This document shows positions 39,677 to 49,028 of a DNA stretch of 64,000 nucleotides, piece after piece. Below the pieces are notes generated by a model. That model saw only the letters and a program-made list of their open reading frames with translations. It was not told where the DNA came from and ran no database searches. A program made the translations under genes and the position numbers. The stretch spans positions 132,276 to 196,275 of the forward strand of contig OX044367.1 in NCBI GenBank assembly GCA_943846785.1, read 5' to 3'. Numbering within the stretch: the stretch's first letter is position 1; every line of letters starts with the position of its first letter. This stretch comes from an uncultured SAR86 cluster bacterium. Lineage in GTDB: Bacteria; Pseudomonadota; Gammaproteobacteria; Magnimaribacterales; D2472.

Positions 39677-41045
39677 AGTTTGGGTCGCGGATGATGACAA
39701 TGCTATCAGAGTTGTTCTTGAAGAAAGTCTTTCTTCTGCAGGATTTGATGTAAATACATTTTCTTCTGGAGATGAAGTGGTATCACTCTTAAAGAGTGAA
39801 GAGCCAGATCTAATATTAACAGATGTTCAAATGCCAGGAATGCTTGGGTATGATCTTCTAAAACATATTAATGATAATCATGAAAATATTCCTGTAATTA
39901 TTATGACCGCATTTACTGATATGCAGGCTGCGGTTGATTCTTATGGCGGTGGAGCTTTTGAATATATCCCAAAACCCTTTGATCTTGATGAGGCTATTCA
40001 AATAATAAACAGGGCTTTAGAAAAAAAACCAACCACAAAAGGCTTAAAAACAAAACCAACTACTGACATTATTGGTGAATCAGCCTCTATGCAGAATGTT
40101 TTTAGAGCAATTGGCAAGCTTTCAAATACAAATGCAACTGTCTTAGTCCAAGGAGAATCTGGAACTGGAAAGGAGCTTATAGCAAAATCTTTACATAAAA
40201 ATAGCCCAAGAAATGACATGCCCTTCATTGCATTAAATATGGCTGACATCCCAAAGGAACTTGTGGAATCTGAACTATTTGGTCATGAGAAAGGAGCTTT
40301 CACTGGCGCTGTTGAGAAAAGAATTGGTAGATTTGAGCAAGCTAATGGAGGAACTTTATTTCTTGATGAAATTGGTGATATGCCACTTGATTCACAAACA
40401 AGACTTTTAAGAGTTCTCTCAAATAAAGAGTTTTATAGAGTTGGTGGAGATAAACCTATAAAGGTTGACGTAAGAATAATTGCAGCAACTCATCAAAATC
40501 TTAATAATCTTGTCTCTCAGAAGTCCTTTCGAGAAGACCTCTTTTATAGATTAAATGTAATTAAGATTGAAGTTCCACCATTAAGAGATAGAAAAGAGGA
40601 TATTGAAGTATTAACGAAATATTTCTTAAAAAATCATTCTGATTCATTGGATGAAGAGTTAAGAGTTCTTTCTTCTGAGGTTATTGATGTTATTGCTAGT
40701 TATGATTGGCCAGGAAATGTTAGACAACTGGAGAATATTTGTTATTGGCTTGCTTTAATGACCCCAACCCAAAATGTAAAAATTCAGGATCTTCCGTCTG
40801 AAATAAAAGATTACGAGGAGGAGGAATCATCTTCTAATTCTTGGGAAGAAAGTTTTGAAACTTGGATTAAAAGCTTAGCCTTATCAATGGACAAAGACTT
40901 GATGCATGTTGCTAATAAAAAACTTGAAAAGATAATGATAAAAACTGCGCTTGATAAGACTAAAGGAAGAAAAAATGAAGCTGCTATTTTACTTGGAGTT
41001 GGAAGAAATACTCTTACAAAGAAAATTAAGGAACTTGGAATCTAA
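39669..41045 (+). CDS. glnG: Sigma-54-dependent response regulator NtrC
   Basis: A REC domain ([12 protein letters not shown]), an AAA+ domain ([22 protein letters not shown]) and a C-terminal Fis-type HTH are present. The start is GTG, with an 8-nt overlap with ntrB. Confidence 0.9.
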   Translation: MHKVWVADDDNAIRVVLEESLSSAGFDVNTFSSGDEVVSLLKSEEPDLILTDVQMPGMLGYDLLKHINDNHENIPVIIMTAFTDMQAAVDSYGGGAFEYIPKPFDLDEAIQIINRALEKKPTTKGLKTKPTTDIIGESASMQNVFRAIGKLSNTNATVLVQGESGTGKELIAKSLHKNSPRNDMPFIALNMADIPKELVESELFGHEKGAFTGAVEKRIGRFEQANGGTLFLDEIGDMPLDSQTRLLRVLSNKEFYRVGGDKPIKVDVRIIAATHQNLNNLVSQKSFREDLFYRLNVIKIEVPPLRDRKEDIEVLTKYFLKNHSDSLDEELRVLSSEVIDVIASYDWPGNVRQLENICYWLALMTPTQNVKIQDLPSEIKDYEEEESSSNSWEESFETWIKSLALSMDKDLMHVANKKLEKIMIKTALDKTKGRKNEAAILLGVGRNTLTKKIKELGI

Positions 41046-41446
41046 ACCAGTGGCAAATTCCCCATACGCCATTCCCCCACACCGCCTTTCAATATCAAAA
41101 TATCATCAAATCCTTCTTTATTAAGAAGCTCTCCAGCATTTCCTGATTGGCTACCCATCTCGCAAACTAGGACGATCGACTTTTTAGTATTTTGTAATTT
41201 GTATGTACTATTTTCTAAGTCGTTAAATGGGATATTGATTGCGCCAGTTATATGTCCCTTATCAAAGTCATCTAATGATCTAAGATCAACTATAAGAATA
41301 CTATCAGTATTGGCAAGGGCTATTAACTCTTGGCAAGATATTCTTTTTCCGCCCTTATTAGCATGAGATCTAATCAACAAAATTATTGTGATTAATAGCG
41401 GTAATGAAAGATAGTAATAATCTATTAAGAAAAAAATAATATTCAT
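41042..41446 (-). CDS. Membrane-anchored single-domain rhodanese (PspE-like sulfurtransferase)
   Basis: The rhodanese core DLRSLDDFDKGHITGAINIP and the active-site loop CEMGSQSG follow an N-terminal hydrophobic anchor. The start is moved to the ATG at 41446, because the ORF-track extension to 41713 runs across the gpmA start. Confidence 0.65.
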   Translation of the reverse strand: MNIIFFLIDYYYLSLPLLITIILLIRSHANKGGKRISCQELIALANTDSILIVDLRSLDDFDKGHITGAINIPFNDLENSTYKLQNTKKSIVLVCEMGSQSGNAGELLNKEGFDDILILKGGVGEWRMGNLPLV

Positions 41447-41495
41447 TGGGGTATTATCTATTAAAATAAAACAAAATAGTTCAAAAAAAATAAAA

Positions 41496-42119
41496 ATGGA
41501 AAAAAGAAATCTTGTACTTGTAAGACATGGACAAAGTGAATGGAATGCAAAAAATCTATTTACAGGTTGGAAGGATCCAGACCTAACAGAATTGGGTCTT
41601 AATGAGGCAGAAAATGCAGGAATTTTAATCAATAAGACTGGTATCAATTTTGACAAAATGTTTACCTCTAATTTAATAAGAGCCCAAAAGACCGGTTCGA
41701 TAATTCTTAGCACTATGCAGCAAGCTGATGTTCAGATCATTAAAAATCAATCTTTAAATGAAAGAAATTATGGGAGTTTGGCGGGTCTTAATAAAGATGA
41801 TGCCAGGAAAAAATGGGGAGAAGAACAGGTGCATATATGGAGAAGATCTTTTGATATACCGCCACCTGACGGTGAGAGCTTAAAAGATACTGCAGAAAGA
41901 GTTTTACCCTATTTTAATGATGAAATTATGCCCAATGTTATTAAGGGAGATAACATACTTATCGCAGCACATGGTAACTCACTTAGAGCTCTAATAATGC
42001 AATTAGATGGAATTTCAGATCAAGATATAGTGAAGCTTGAAATTCCTACAGGGGCTCCAATTCACTATGCTTTCAACAAAGATGGTTCAATTGGCTTAAA
42101 AGAAAAGCTTTATGAATGA
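41496..42119 (+). CDS. gpmA: 2,3-bisphosphoglycerate-dependent phosphoglycerate mutase (short form)
   Basis: Motifs LVRHGQSEWN and AAHGNSLRAL are present in a 207-aa protein. Confidence 0.85.
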   Translation: MEKRNLVLVRHGQSEWNAKNLFTGWKDPDLTELGLNEAENAGILINKTGINFDKMFTSNLIRAQKTGSIILSTMQQADVQIIKNQSLNERNYGSLAGLNKDDARKKWGEEQVHIWRRSFDIPPPDGESLKDTAERVLPYFNDEIMPNVIKGDNILIAAHGNSLRALIMQLDGISDQDIVKLEIPTGAPIHYAFNKDGSIGLKEKLYE

Positions 42120-43138
42120 ATGAACTAAAAAATGGGGATAGTAAGCTTTCAACATTAGTAGTTAAGTGGTATCTGCTTAATGGAAGGAAAGAGTTACCAT
42201 GGAGAAAAAATGTTACGCCCTATAAAATCTGGATTTCTGAAATCATGCTTCAGCAAACTCAAGTTAAAACTGTAATACCTTATTATCTTAAATTTATAAA
42301 AACATACCCTAGTCTTAAAAAAATAATGACTGCTGATGAGAACCAAATAATAGCACTTTGGTCTGGATTAGGATTCTACAGAAGGGCAAAAAATATTTTT
42401 AAAGCAAAGGAGCAAATTAAAAATAAATTTGGTGGCAGGTTCCCTAATAATTTTAATGATTTAATATCTCTTCCTGGAATTGGAGAATCAACAGCCGGTG
42501 CGATAATGTCAATTGCATTTAATGAGTCATACCCAATTCTTGATGCTAATGTCAAAAGAGTTCTTACTAGACATTCTAATGTGGTCGAAGATTCTCCAAC
42601 AAAAAAAAATAATCTTTTATGGGAAATATCACGAAAGCAAACACCAAGAAATAATATATTTGAGTATACTCAGGGCATTATGGATTTGGGGGCTAGAATT
42701 TGTAAGCCAAAAGATCCTCTATGCTCAGAATGCCCTATTGTGCATATATGCGGATCTGCATTTAAAGTTGACAAAAGAAAACCCAAACAAAGAGTATTAA
42801 AAAATAAGCCTGAAGTGGACATAAATTTTACTTTAGCTTATACGAATAATGAGTATCTTCTCTTTAAAAGAAATGAAAAAACATTCTGGCAGGATTTATG
42901 GTTACCATCTGAAGAACCAAAGATTCATAGAATTTTTAAAAAAAACTCTTATGAACAAAGAAACATAGATAAAAAACATAAATTAACTCATTTAGATTTG
43001 AATTTAAGTATTACCCTACTAAGATATAATAAAGTTTTTGATATTAAATCAAATAGTGAATATCGCTGGGTGAAAAAAATTGATATAGATAAAATTGGAA
43101 TGCCAGCTCCAATTAAAAAAATAATATTAGAACTATGA
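42116..43138 (+). CDS. mutY: A/G-specific adenine DNA glycosylase
   Basis: The HhH motif LPGIGESTAGAI and the 4Fe-4S ligand pattern C-x6-C-x2-C-x5-C (CKPKDPLCSECPIVHIC) are present, with a Nudix-like C-domain. Confidence 0.85.
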   Translation: MNELKNGDSKLSTLVVKWYLLNGRKELPWRKNVTPYKIWISEIMLQQTQVKTVIPYYLKFIKTYPSLKKIMTADENQIIALWSGLGFYRRAKNIFKAKEQIKNKFGGRFPNNFNDLISLPGIGESTAGAIMSIAFNESYPILDANVKRVLTRHSNVVEDSPTKKNNLLWEISRKQTPRNNIFEYTQGIMDLGARICKPKDPLCSECPIVHICGSAFKVDKRKPKQRVLKNKPEVDINFTLAYTNNEYLLFKRNEKTFWQDLWLPSEEPKIHRIFKKNSYEQRNIDKKHKLTHLDLNLSITLLRYNKVFDIKSNSEYRWVKKIDIDKIGMPAPIKKIILEL

Positions 43139-43404
43139 CCAAAAAAGTATTTTGTAGAAAATTTAAAGAGGAGCTTCCCGCTCTAACTATTCCTCCAATG
43201 CCTGGTAAAAAAGGACTTGAATTGCTTTCTACTATTTCACAAAGAGCTTGGGATGAGTGGAAATCACATCAAACTACTCTTATTAATGAAAAAAGATTAG
43301 ATATGTCTAACCCAGATAGCAGATTATGGCTTATGAACCAAATGGATAAATACTTTAATAATGAAGAGTACGAAAAAGCATCTGGTTTTAAAGCATTGGA
43401 TTAG
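43135..43404 (+). CDS. yggX: Fe(II)-trafficking protein YggX
   Basis: WDEWKSHQTTLINEKRLDM matches YggX. The gene is coupled to mutY, as in enterics. Confidence 0.85.
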   Translation: MTKKVFCRKFKEELPALTIPPMPGKKGLELLSTISQRAWDEWKSHQTTLINEKRLDMSNPDSRLWLMNQMDKYFNNEEYEKASGFKALD

Positions 43405-43566
43405 AGTTTTGCTAGCTTTTGATAAGAATTAATTTCATATATTTATAACTACACAGCATCAAAAAAAATTACATTTTGAGCTATTTCTTGATTAGTTTTT
43501 TTTTGATTTACAAAAATAAAAAAATAGAGTCTAATTTTAAAATAGTGTTATTTATGGAGACGAGAA

Positions 43567-46170
43567 TTGACTACTAAAACAAATTCTAAATTCCCATCTG
43601 AGGCGGATGTAGTCATCGTTGGGGTCGGCGGTATTGTTGGATCTATGCTTGCATATTGGCTTGCAGATCTTGGTCAAGAAAATATTGTGGGATTAGAAAA
43701 ATCATCTGTTATTCCATCTGATATTGCCTCTACCGCTCATGCATCTGATTTTGTATACAACACAACTCACGATAAATTAGGTTGTTGGACAACAGAATTT
43801 AGTAGAAAATTTTATGAAGACAATGGTTTTTTCTTAAAAAAGGGTGGTTTAGAGATATGTAGAAAAGATGATGATGCCCGTTGGGAAGAGCTCAAAAGAA
43901 AAGTTGCATCAGGAAAAGCATTTGGTACAAATATCAGATTAATATCTGCTTCTGAAGCCAAAGAAAAGTTTCCGTTACTTGAAGAGGAATCGATTCGGGG
44001 TGCAATGTGGGATCCAGATGCTGGTCTTGTAACACCGCGCTCTCAAGATGTAGTTAGTTTTGCAGTAGAAACAGCAAAAGATAAAGGTGCACTGAAAACA
44101 TTTACTGATACTCCAGCATTAGATTTTGAAATAGAGGATGGTCGAGTAGTTGGAGTAAAGACAGATAAAGGAACAATTAAAACTAAAAAAGTAGTAATTG
44201 CTTCAGGGATCTGGGGACCTTTAATGGGCAAAAAAGCTGGAGTCCCTGTACCCTTGATGCCATTAGAACATCCATTATTATTTTTTGGGCCACTACCAGA
44301 AGCACAAGGCGCTGAAGATTTCCTAGTTTATCCCCTACTTAGAGATCAAGGTAATTCAGCATATGTAAGGGATACTGGAAGACTTCATGGCGGAATGCTT
44401 GAGTGGGGTTTTTATGAAGACAAAAATCCAAGATTGGTCGATCCAGAAGATATTGGTAATCCAGAAAAAACAATGGGATCAGATTCTATGAGATATCTAG
44501 ATCTCGAAGAGGTTGCAGAACCTCTTGAAAAGGCTTTTGAAACTACCCCTATTCTTAATGAATTAGGCTGGGATGAAAAAAGCTCTTTTAATGGATTGTT
44601 ATCTGTAACTCCTGATGCAGGATCTTTGATAGGTGAAAGTCCTGAGGTCAGAGGTTTTTGGTTATGTGAAGCTGTCTGGGTAAAAGATGGTCCTGGATGT
44701 GCAAGACTTTGTGCTGAGTCAATGGTTCTTGGTAAAACTCAAGTAGATATGCATTCATTTGATATAGCAAGATTCTACCCAGAGCAAAAAGAAAAAGAGT
44801 TTGTGAAAAGTAGAGTTTTTGAAAACTCACAAACTATCTATACGCCTGCTGTTCATCCAAGAGAACCTTATATTAGTCAAAGAGAAAAATTTGTAAGTCC
44901 CTTCTATGAAAGAGAAAAAGAGCTTGGCGGCCATTTTGACAATGAAGTAGCAAGATGGGAGCGAGCATTAGCATATGAAAGTAATAGAGATAAGCTTGAA
45001 AAATATTTAACTGACATTCCAATTAGAGAAAATGAATGGGATCGACGCCATGTTCCCTATGAGCTTGCCAACGCTGAGCACTTAGCTATGAGTGACTCAG
45101 TTGGAATGATTAATCTGTCTCACTTTCCTATCATGGATATAGAAGGCCCAGATGCAGAAAAAATGTTAGAGTATCTTTCGATTGCAAAAGTTGGTGGAAA
45201 TACTCCTATTGGGAAAGTTGTTTATACAAATTTCCTTGATGAAGATGGCGGTGTTCATGCAGATCTAACAATTTCACGTCTTGAAGAAAATAAATACAGA
45301 ATAGTAACAGGTGGTGCAGACGGTAACAGAGATTGGGTGCACTTACGAAACTATCGTGATGATAATGGTTTAAATGTAGATATAAAAATTCGTACTCATG
45401 AAATTGCAACACTTGGGTTATGGGGTCCGCAGGCAGAGGCTGCTTTAGGTAACTTTGTTGACCCACATGAAATTAGTTTAGAAAATTTTCCTTTTGTAAC
45501 TGCAAAAAATTTAACTCTAAGTTTGTCCGGAGGTAAAGAAATTGAAGTTTGGGCAGCTCGCATATCTTATGTTGGAGAAAGTGGTTGGGAGATTTATCTG
45601 AATAATGATGCAGAAGAAGGCCTAGCGCTTTATGATTCATTGCTTGAAGTCGGAGTCGTTCCGGTCGGAATAGAGACCTATGCGAATAGTAGACGACTTG
45701 AAAAGAGCTTCCGACTGCAAGGCGCAGACCTTGAAACTGAATATAATGCTTGTGAAGCAGCTATTCAAAGACCCCTTGTAAAAGAAGCCGATTTCCATGG
45801 AAAGGCAGCTCATCTTATTCAAAGAGAAGAAGAGCCCTGTTCACTCCTTTGTACTATGACTGTTGATGATTTGAATGTTTCAGGAGAAACAAGATATCCT
45901 GTAGGTATAGCACCAATTATTGATCCAGATACAGGCAAGGTGCCATTAGATAGCAAAGGAAGGAGATCATATACAACAGGTATGTCATATTGTCCTTCTA
46001 TAAAAGAATTTGTAGTCATGGGTTATTTGCCTAACGAAATTGCAAAAGAAGGTAAAAAACTTTCTATTGAATATTTTAATGAGGATGGCGATGGCATATA
46101 TCCTATTACTGTAAAGATAGTTGGCAAGGGATCACTTTATGATCCAACTAATGAGAAGGTGCGAACCTAA
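43567..46170 (+). CDS. FAD-dependent dimethylglycine/sarcosine dehydrogenase-like enzyme (DAO domain + GcvT folate-binding domain)
   Basis: The N-terminal dinucleotide fold VVIVGVGGIVGS is followed by a C-terminal aminomethyltransferase-like half in an 867-aa protein. The TTG start is preceded by GGAGA 5 nt upstream. Confidence 0.75.
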   Translation: MTTKTNSKFPSEADVVIVGVGGIVGSMLAYWLADLGQENIVGLEKSSVIPSDIASTAHASDFVYNTTHDKLGCWTTEFSRKFYEDNGFFLKKGGLEICRKDDDARWEELKRKVASGKAFGTNIRLISASEAKEKFPLLEEESIRGAMWDPDAGLVTPRSQDVVSFAVETAKDKGALKTFTDTPALDFEIEDGRVVGVKTDKGTIKTKKVVIASGIWGPLMGKKAGVPVPLMPLEHPLLFFGPLPEAQGAEDFLVYPLLRDQGNSAYVRDTGRLHGGMLEWGFYEDKNPRLVDPEDIGNPEKTMGSDSMRYLDLEEVAEPLEKAFETTPILNELGWDEKSSFNGLLSVTPDAGSLIGESPEVRGFWLCEAVWVKDGPGCARLCAESMVLGKTQVDMHSFDIARFYPEQKEKEFVKSRVFENSQTIYTPAVHPREPYISQREKFVSPFYEREKELGGHFDNEVARWERALAYESNRDKLEKYLTDIPIRENEWDRRHVPYELANAEHLAMSDSVGMINLSHFPIMDIEGPDAEKMLEYLSIAKVGGNTPIGKVVYTNFLDEDGGVHADLTISRLEENKYRIVTGGADGNRDWVHLRNYRDDNGLNVDIKIRTHEIATLGLWGPQAEAALGNFVDPHEISLENFPFVTAKNLTLSLSGGKEIEVWAARISYVGESGWEIYLNNDAEEGLALYDSLLEVGVVPVGIETYANSRRLEKSFRLQGADLETEYNACEAAIQRPLVKEADFHGKAAHLIQREEEPCSLLCTMTVDDLNVSGETRYPVGIAPIIDPDTGKVPLDSKGRRSYTTGMSYCPSIKEFVVMGYLPNEIAKEGKKLSIEYFNEDGDGIYPITVKIVGKGSLYDPTNEKVRT

Positions 46171-46190
46171 TTAATTAAAAATTAATCTTA

Positions 46191-46219
46191 ATGACATTGT
46201 GTGAAATCTTTTCTATAAT
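46191..46219 (+). promoter_or_regulatory. Sigma-70-type promoter for tRNA-Phe
   Basis: The -35 element ATGACA (46191-46196) and the perfect -10 element TATAAT (46214-46219) are separated by a 17-nt spacer. The tRNA starts 14 nt downstream. Confidence 0.55.
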
Positions 46220-46232
46220 CCTTTTTCACAAA

Positions 46233-46308
46233 GGCCTGATAGCTCAGTCGGTAGAGCAAAGGATTGAAAATCCTTGTGTCGGTAGTTCGATTCTACCTCA
46301 GGCCACCA
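46233..46308 (+). tRNA. tRNA-Phe (GAA), CCA encoded
   Basis: A cloverleaf can be folded by eye: acceptor GGCCTGA/TCAGGCC, D-arm GCTCAGTCGGTAGAGC, anticodon stem-loop AAGGA-TTGAAAA-TCCTT and T-arm GGTAGTTCGATTCTACC. It is near-identical in layout to E. coli tRNA-Phe. Confidence 0.95.
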
Positions 46309-46318
46309 TTCTTTAAAT

Positions 46319-47671
46319 TTATTTTAACCTCACAGGTAATTCCTGAATTGCATGCACAAAATTGTTAGGTGCAACCTTCCAATCTCCTGTTACTTTGTAA
46401 TCCGGAAACCTAGATAAAAATTGAGAAAAAAATTCTTTTAGTTGCATTAAAGCCACTGGCTTGCCTAAACAAGTATGTCTACCTATTCCAAAAGCAAGAT
46501 GTTTATCTGCATTCTCTCTTAAAATATTAAAGTCATCTGGACAATCAAAGATGTCTGGATCTCTGTTTGCTGCCCCATACCAAAGTGCAATCTTTTCATA
46601 GGGCCCTATTTTTTGCCCACCAATCTCTGTTTCCTGTAAAGACGTTCTTCTCATATGGATTACTGGAGATACGTAACGAACTGTCTCGTTTACTAAGCCT
46701 ATAATATTTTCAGAATCCTCTAAAACAAGCTTTTTTTGATAAGGGTTGTCATTGAGCAATTTAATGCCACCACTCATCGTATTTCTAGTTGTATCGTTAC
46801 CTGCAAATATAATTAAGAGCCAAGAACCATCGAGAAACTCAGGTGATAATTCCTCTCCTTCTATTTGGGCATTGGCGATAGCGCTAAGTAAATCATTTTT
46901 TGGATTTTCTCTTTTTTGATTGAGAATATATCTACCATAATCAAACATTTCCTCAATCATATTATTAAACATATCAATAAGTGCCGGATCGGGGGTGGTG
47001 TCGGTAACCCCTGCTTCATTTTGTTTAATCTGTTCTAAAGTAAAATACTGAGCCAATTCTAGAAATTCCATCCATTCAACTAATTTCTGTCTATCTGCTT
47101 CAGGAATTCCAAGAATTTCAGAAAGTGTATATATGGGTAATTGTTGGGAAAGCTCTTTAACTAAATTAAATTCATTTAGCTTTTCAGCGTTATCTAATAG
47201 CTGAGTAACTTTTATAGAAACCTTACTTTGCAGCTCACTTACGAAATTTGGTTTAAAAAAAGGCATATGCTCTTTTCTTAAATTTAAATGCATTTCTCCA
47301 TCAAGGTTCAACATATGATCTATAGTTGATTTAAATAATTTAGGATGCCTATTCTCCTCAGACCCTAGTGTTAATAAAGTGCCGGTAGAATACTGGGAAG
47401 AAAATATTTGTGGATTCATTGAAACCTTTTTTATATCTTCGTACCTTGTAAGAACCCAATACCCTGGCTCGGGGTCGCTCAACATAGGAGGGTGATAGAA
47501 AACGGGAGCATTTTCTCTTAGCTCTTTGTATAAATCAAAGGGCTGACCTTTTGTAAAAAGGTCTAAATCATTAAGAAATCCAGACGGCTTGTGTGTAAAA
47601 CTTTTTTCGAAAGCAGGACCATTAATTCTGTTATTAATTATTTTAGATGAAAGATTAAAATTTTTAGTCAT
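46319..47671 (-). CDS. Cytochrome P450
   Basis: The heme-thiolate loop FGIGRHTCLGKPVA, the I-helix AGNDTT and an ExxR motif are present. Confidence 0.9.
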   Translation of the reverse strand: MTKNFNLSSKIINNRINGPAFEKSFTHKPSGFLNDLDLFTKGQPFDLYKELRENAPVFYHPPMLSDPEPGYWVLTRYEDIKKVSMNPQIFSSQYSTGTLLTLGSEENRHPKLFKSTIDHMLNLDGEMHLNLRKEHMPFFKPNFVSELQSKVSIKVTQLLDNAEKLNEFNLVKELSQQLPIYTLSEILGIPEADRQKLVEWMEFLELAQYFTLEQIKQNEAGVTDTTPDPALIDMFNNMIEEMFDYGRYILNQKRENPKNDLLSAIANAQIEGEELSPEFLDGSWLLIIFAGNDTTRNTMSGGIKLLNDNPYQKKLVLEDSENIIGLVNETVRYVSPVIHMRRTSLQETEIGGQKIGPYEKIALWYGAANRDPDIFDCPDDFNILRENADKHLAFGIGRHTCLGKPVALMQLKEFFSQFLSRFPDYKVTGDWKVAPNNFVHAIQELPVRLK

Positions 47672-47688
47672 ATTTTATTCTACTATTT

Positions 47689-47716
47689 TTGACGCCTAAT
47701 TGTTTTAAATTATAAA
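47689..47716 (+). promoter_or_regulatory. Candidate sigma-70 promoter for the serine-hydrolase gene
   Basis: TTGACG is followed by a 16-nt spacer and TATAAA, in the 98-nt P450/hydrolase divergent spacer (47672-47769). Confidence 0.35.
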
Positions 47717-47769
47717 AGTCTGTATTAATCTATTTGAGAGATCTTAGGAATTTATTAACAAAAAATAAG

Positions 47770-48987
47770 ATGAGTGATGTAAAAGGATATTGTCGGCCTG
47801 ATTTTATTGAAATACAGAATATATTTTCTGATTCAATTACATCCGGCCATGAGACAGGTGCTTCTGTTGCAATTGAGTATAAAGGCGAAATGATTGTCGA
47901 TCTTTATGGTGGCTATAAGGATGCTGCAAAAAATACTCCTTGGGAAAAAGATACTCTTGTAAATGTTTTTTCAGTTACAAAAGGAGTTACAGCTGCTTGC
48001 GTTGCAATGCTTGTTGACCAAGGAAAGTTAGATGTTCACTCTAAAGTATCTGATTATTGGCCAGAATATGGGTGTAATGGCAAAGAAAATACAAAAGTTA
48101 TTGATTTTTTATGCCACAGATCAAATAACTTTGGTTTCAGGGATGGGATACCTATGGGTAGTTTTCAGAACTGGGATGTTTTCACTCAAGCGCTAGCTGA
48201 TCAAGAGCCATTTGGAGAACCGGGATCTTCTCAAGGATATCACGCATTTACATATGGGTGGCTTGTCGGTGAGATTATTAAAAGAGTTGATGGAAGAGAT
48301 GTTGGAACATTTTTTAAAGAAGAAATTTCAGATCCATTTAATATTAATTTTAAAATTGGTTTATCAGATGAGGATATGATTAATTGTGCAGATATGATTC
48401 TGCTTGAGGATGATAGAATCAAAGGACTGCCCTTCTCTAAAATTAAATATATTCCAGATTTCCTTCTCCCAAAGCAGTTTATAAACTTTAAAAAATTTCT
48501 AATAGATGGAAATTTCAAAATTGCCTTCCAAAGAAGAGAAGGAGAAACTAAAGATTACGTTAACTCAACTGATTGGAGGAAAGCTCAAATACCATCTGCA
48601 AATGGACATGGCACATCTGAAGCGCTGGCAAAATTTTATGGAATTCTTAGTATGGGGTGTGAGCGTAACGGATATTCATTAATGGCACCAGATACATTGA
48701 AAGCCTCCTTCCAGCCGCAATCAAGTGGCCCTGATTCCGTTCTTTTTGGATCAGATATAACTTTTGGTCTTGGCTTTGAGCTAGCAAGTAAAAAATTACT
48801 TAAAGTGGATTTTGCTCCAAGGTTTATGGGCTCAATGTTTGGTCATGCTGGAATGGGTGGCGCTGTAGCATTTGGCGATGTTAATAAAAAGATAGGTTTC
48901 TCTTTTATTTGTAATGAAATGCATCAATCAAAGGATTTATATAAAACGGCTAATTTGCTCATTGATTCTTTATATTCAAAGCTTTAA
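47770..48987 (+). CDS. Beta-lactamase-fold serine hydrolase (class C / EstB-like esterase)
   Basis: The nucleophile motif SVTKGVTA (SxxK) and a later HAGMGG are present. The ATG at 47770 is preferred over the ORF-track TTG at 47734. Confidence 0.75.
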   Translation: MSDVKGYCRPDFIEIQNIFSDSITSGHETGASVAIEYKGEMIVDLYGGYKDAAKNTPWEKDTLVNVFSVTKGVTAACVAMLVDQGKLDVHSKVSDYWPEYGCNGKENTKVIDFLCHRSNNFGFRDGIPMGSFQNWDVFTQALADQEPFGEPGSSQGYHAFTYGWLVGEIIKRVDGRDVGTFFKEEISDPFNINFKIGLSDEDMINCADMILLEDDRIKGLPFSKIKYIPDFLLPKQFINFKKFLIDGNFKIAFQRREGETKDYVNSTDWRKAQIPSANGHGTSEALAKFYGILSMGCERNGYSLMAPDTLKASFQPQSSGPDSVLFGSDITFGLGFELASKKLLKVDFAPRFMGSMFGHAGMGGAVAFGDVNKKIGFSFICNEMHQSKDLYKTANLLIDSLYSKL

Positions 48988-49028
48988 TCTTTTACAAAAG
49001 ATATAAAATATATGTTGAGGCAACAAAA

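Noticed and set aside
41447-41713. The ORF-track N-terminal extension of the rhodanese ORF (223 aa).
   Set aside because: The extension runs antisense across the first 218 nt of the well-supported gpmA gene and is low-complexity. An internal ATG at 41446 gives a sensible membrane anchor plus rhodanese domain.
43405-43577. The 162-nt spacer before the DMGDH-like gene, considered as a glycine or THF riboswitch, and the 7-codon uORF at 43554-43577.
   Set aside because: I could not recognise any conserved riboswitch core. The spacer is nearly pure A/T. The mini-ORF is out of frame and more simply explained as containing the GGAGA Shine-Dalgarno for the TTG start.
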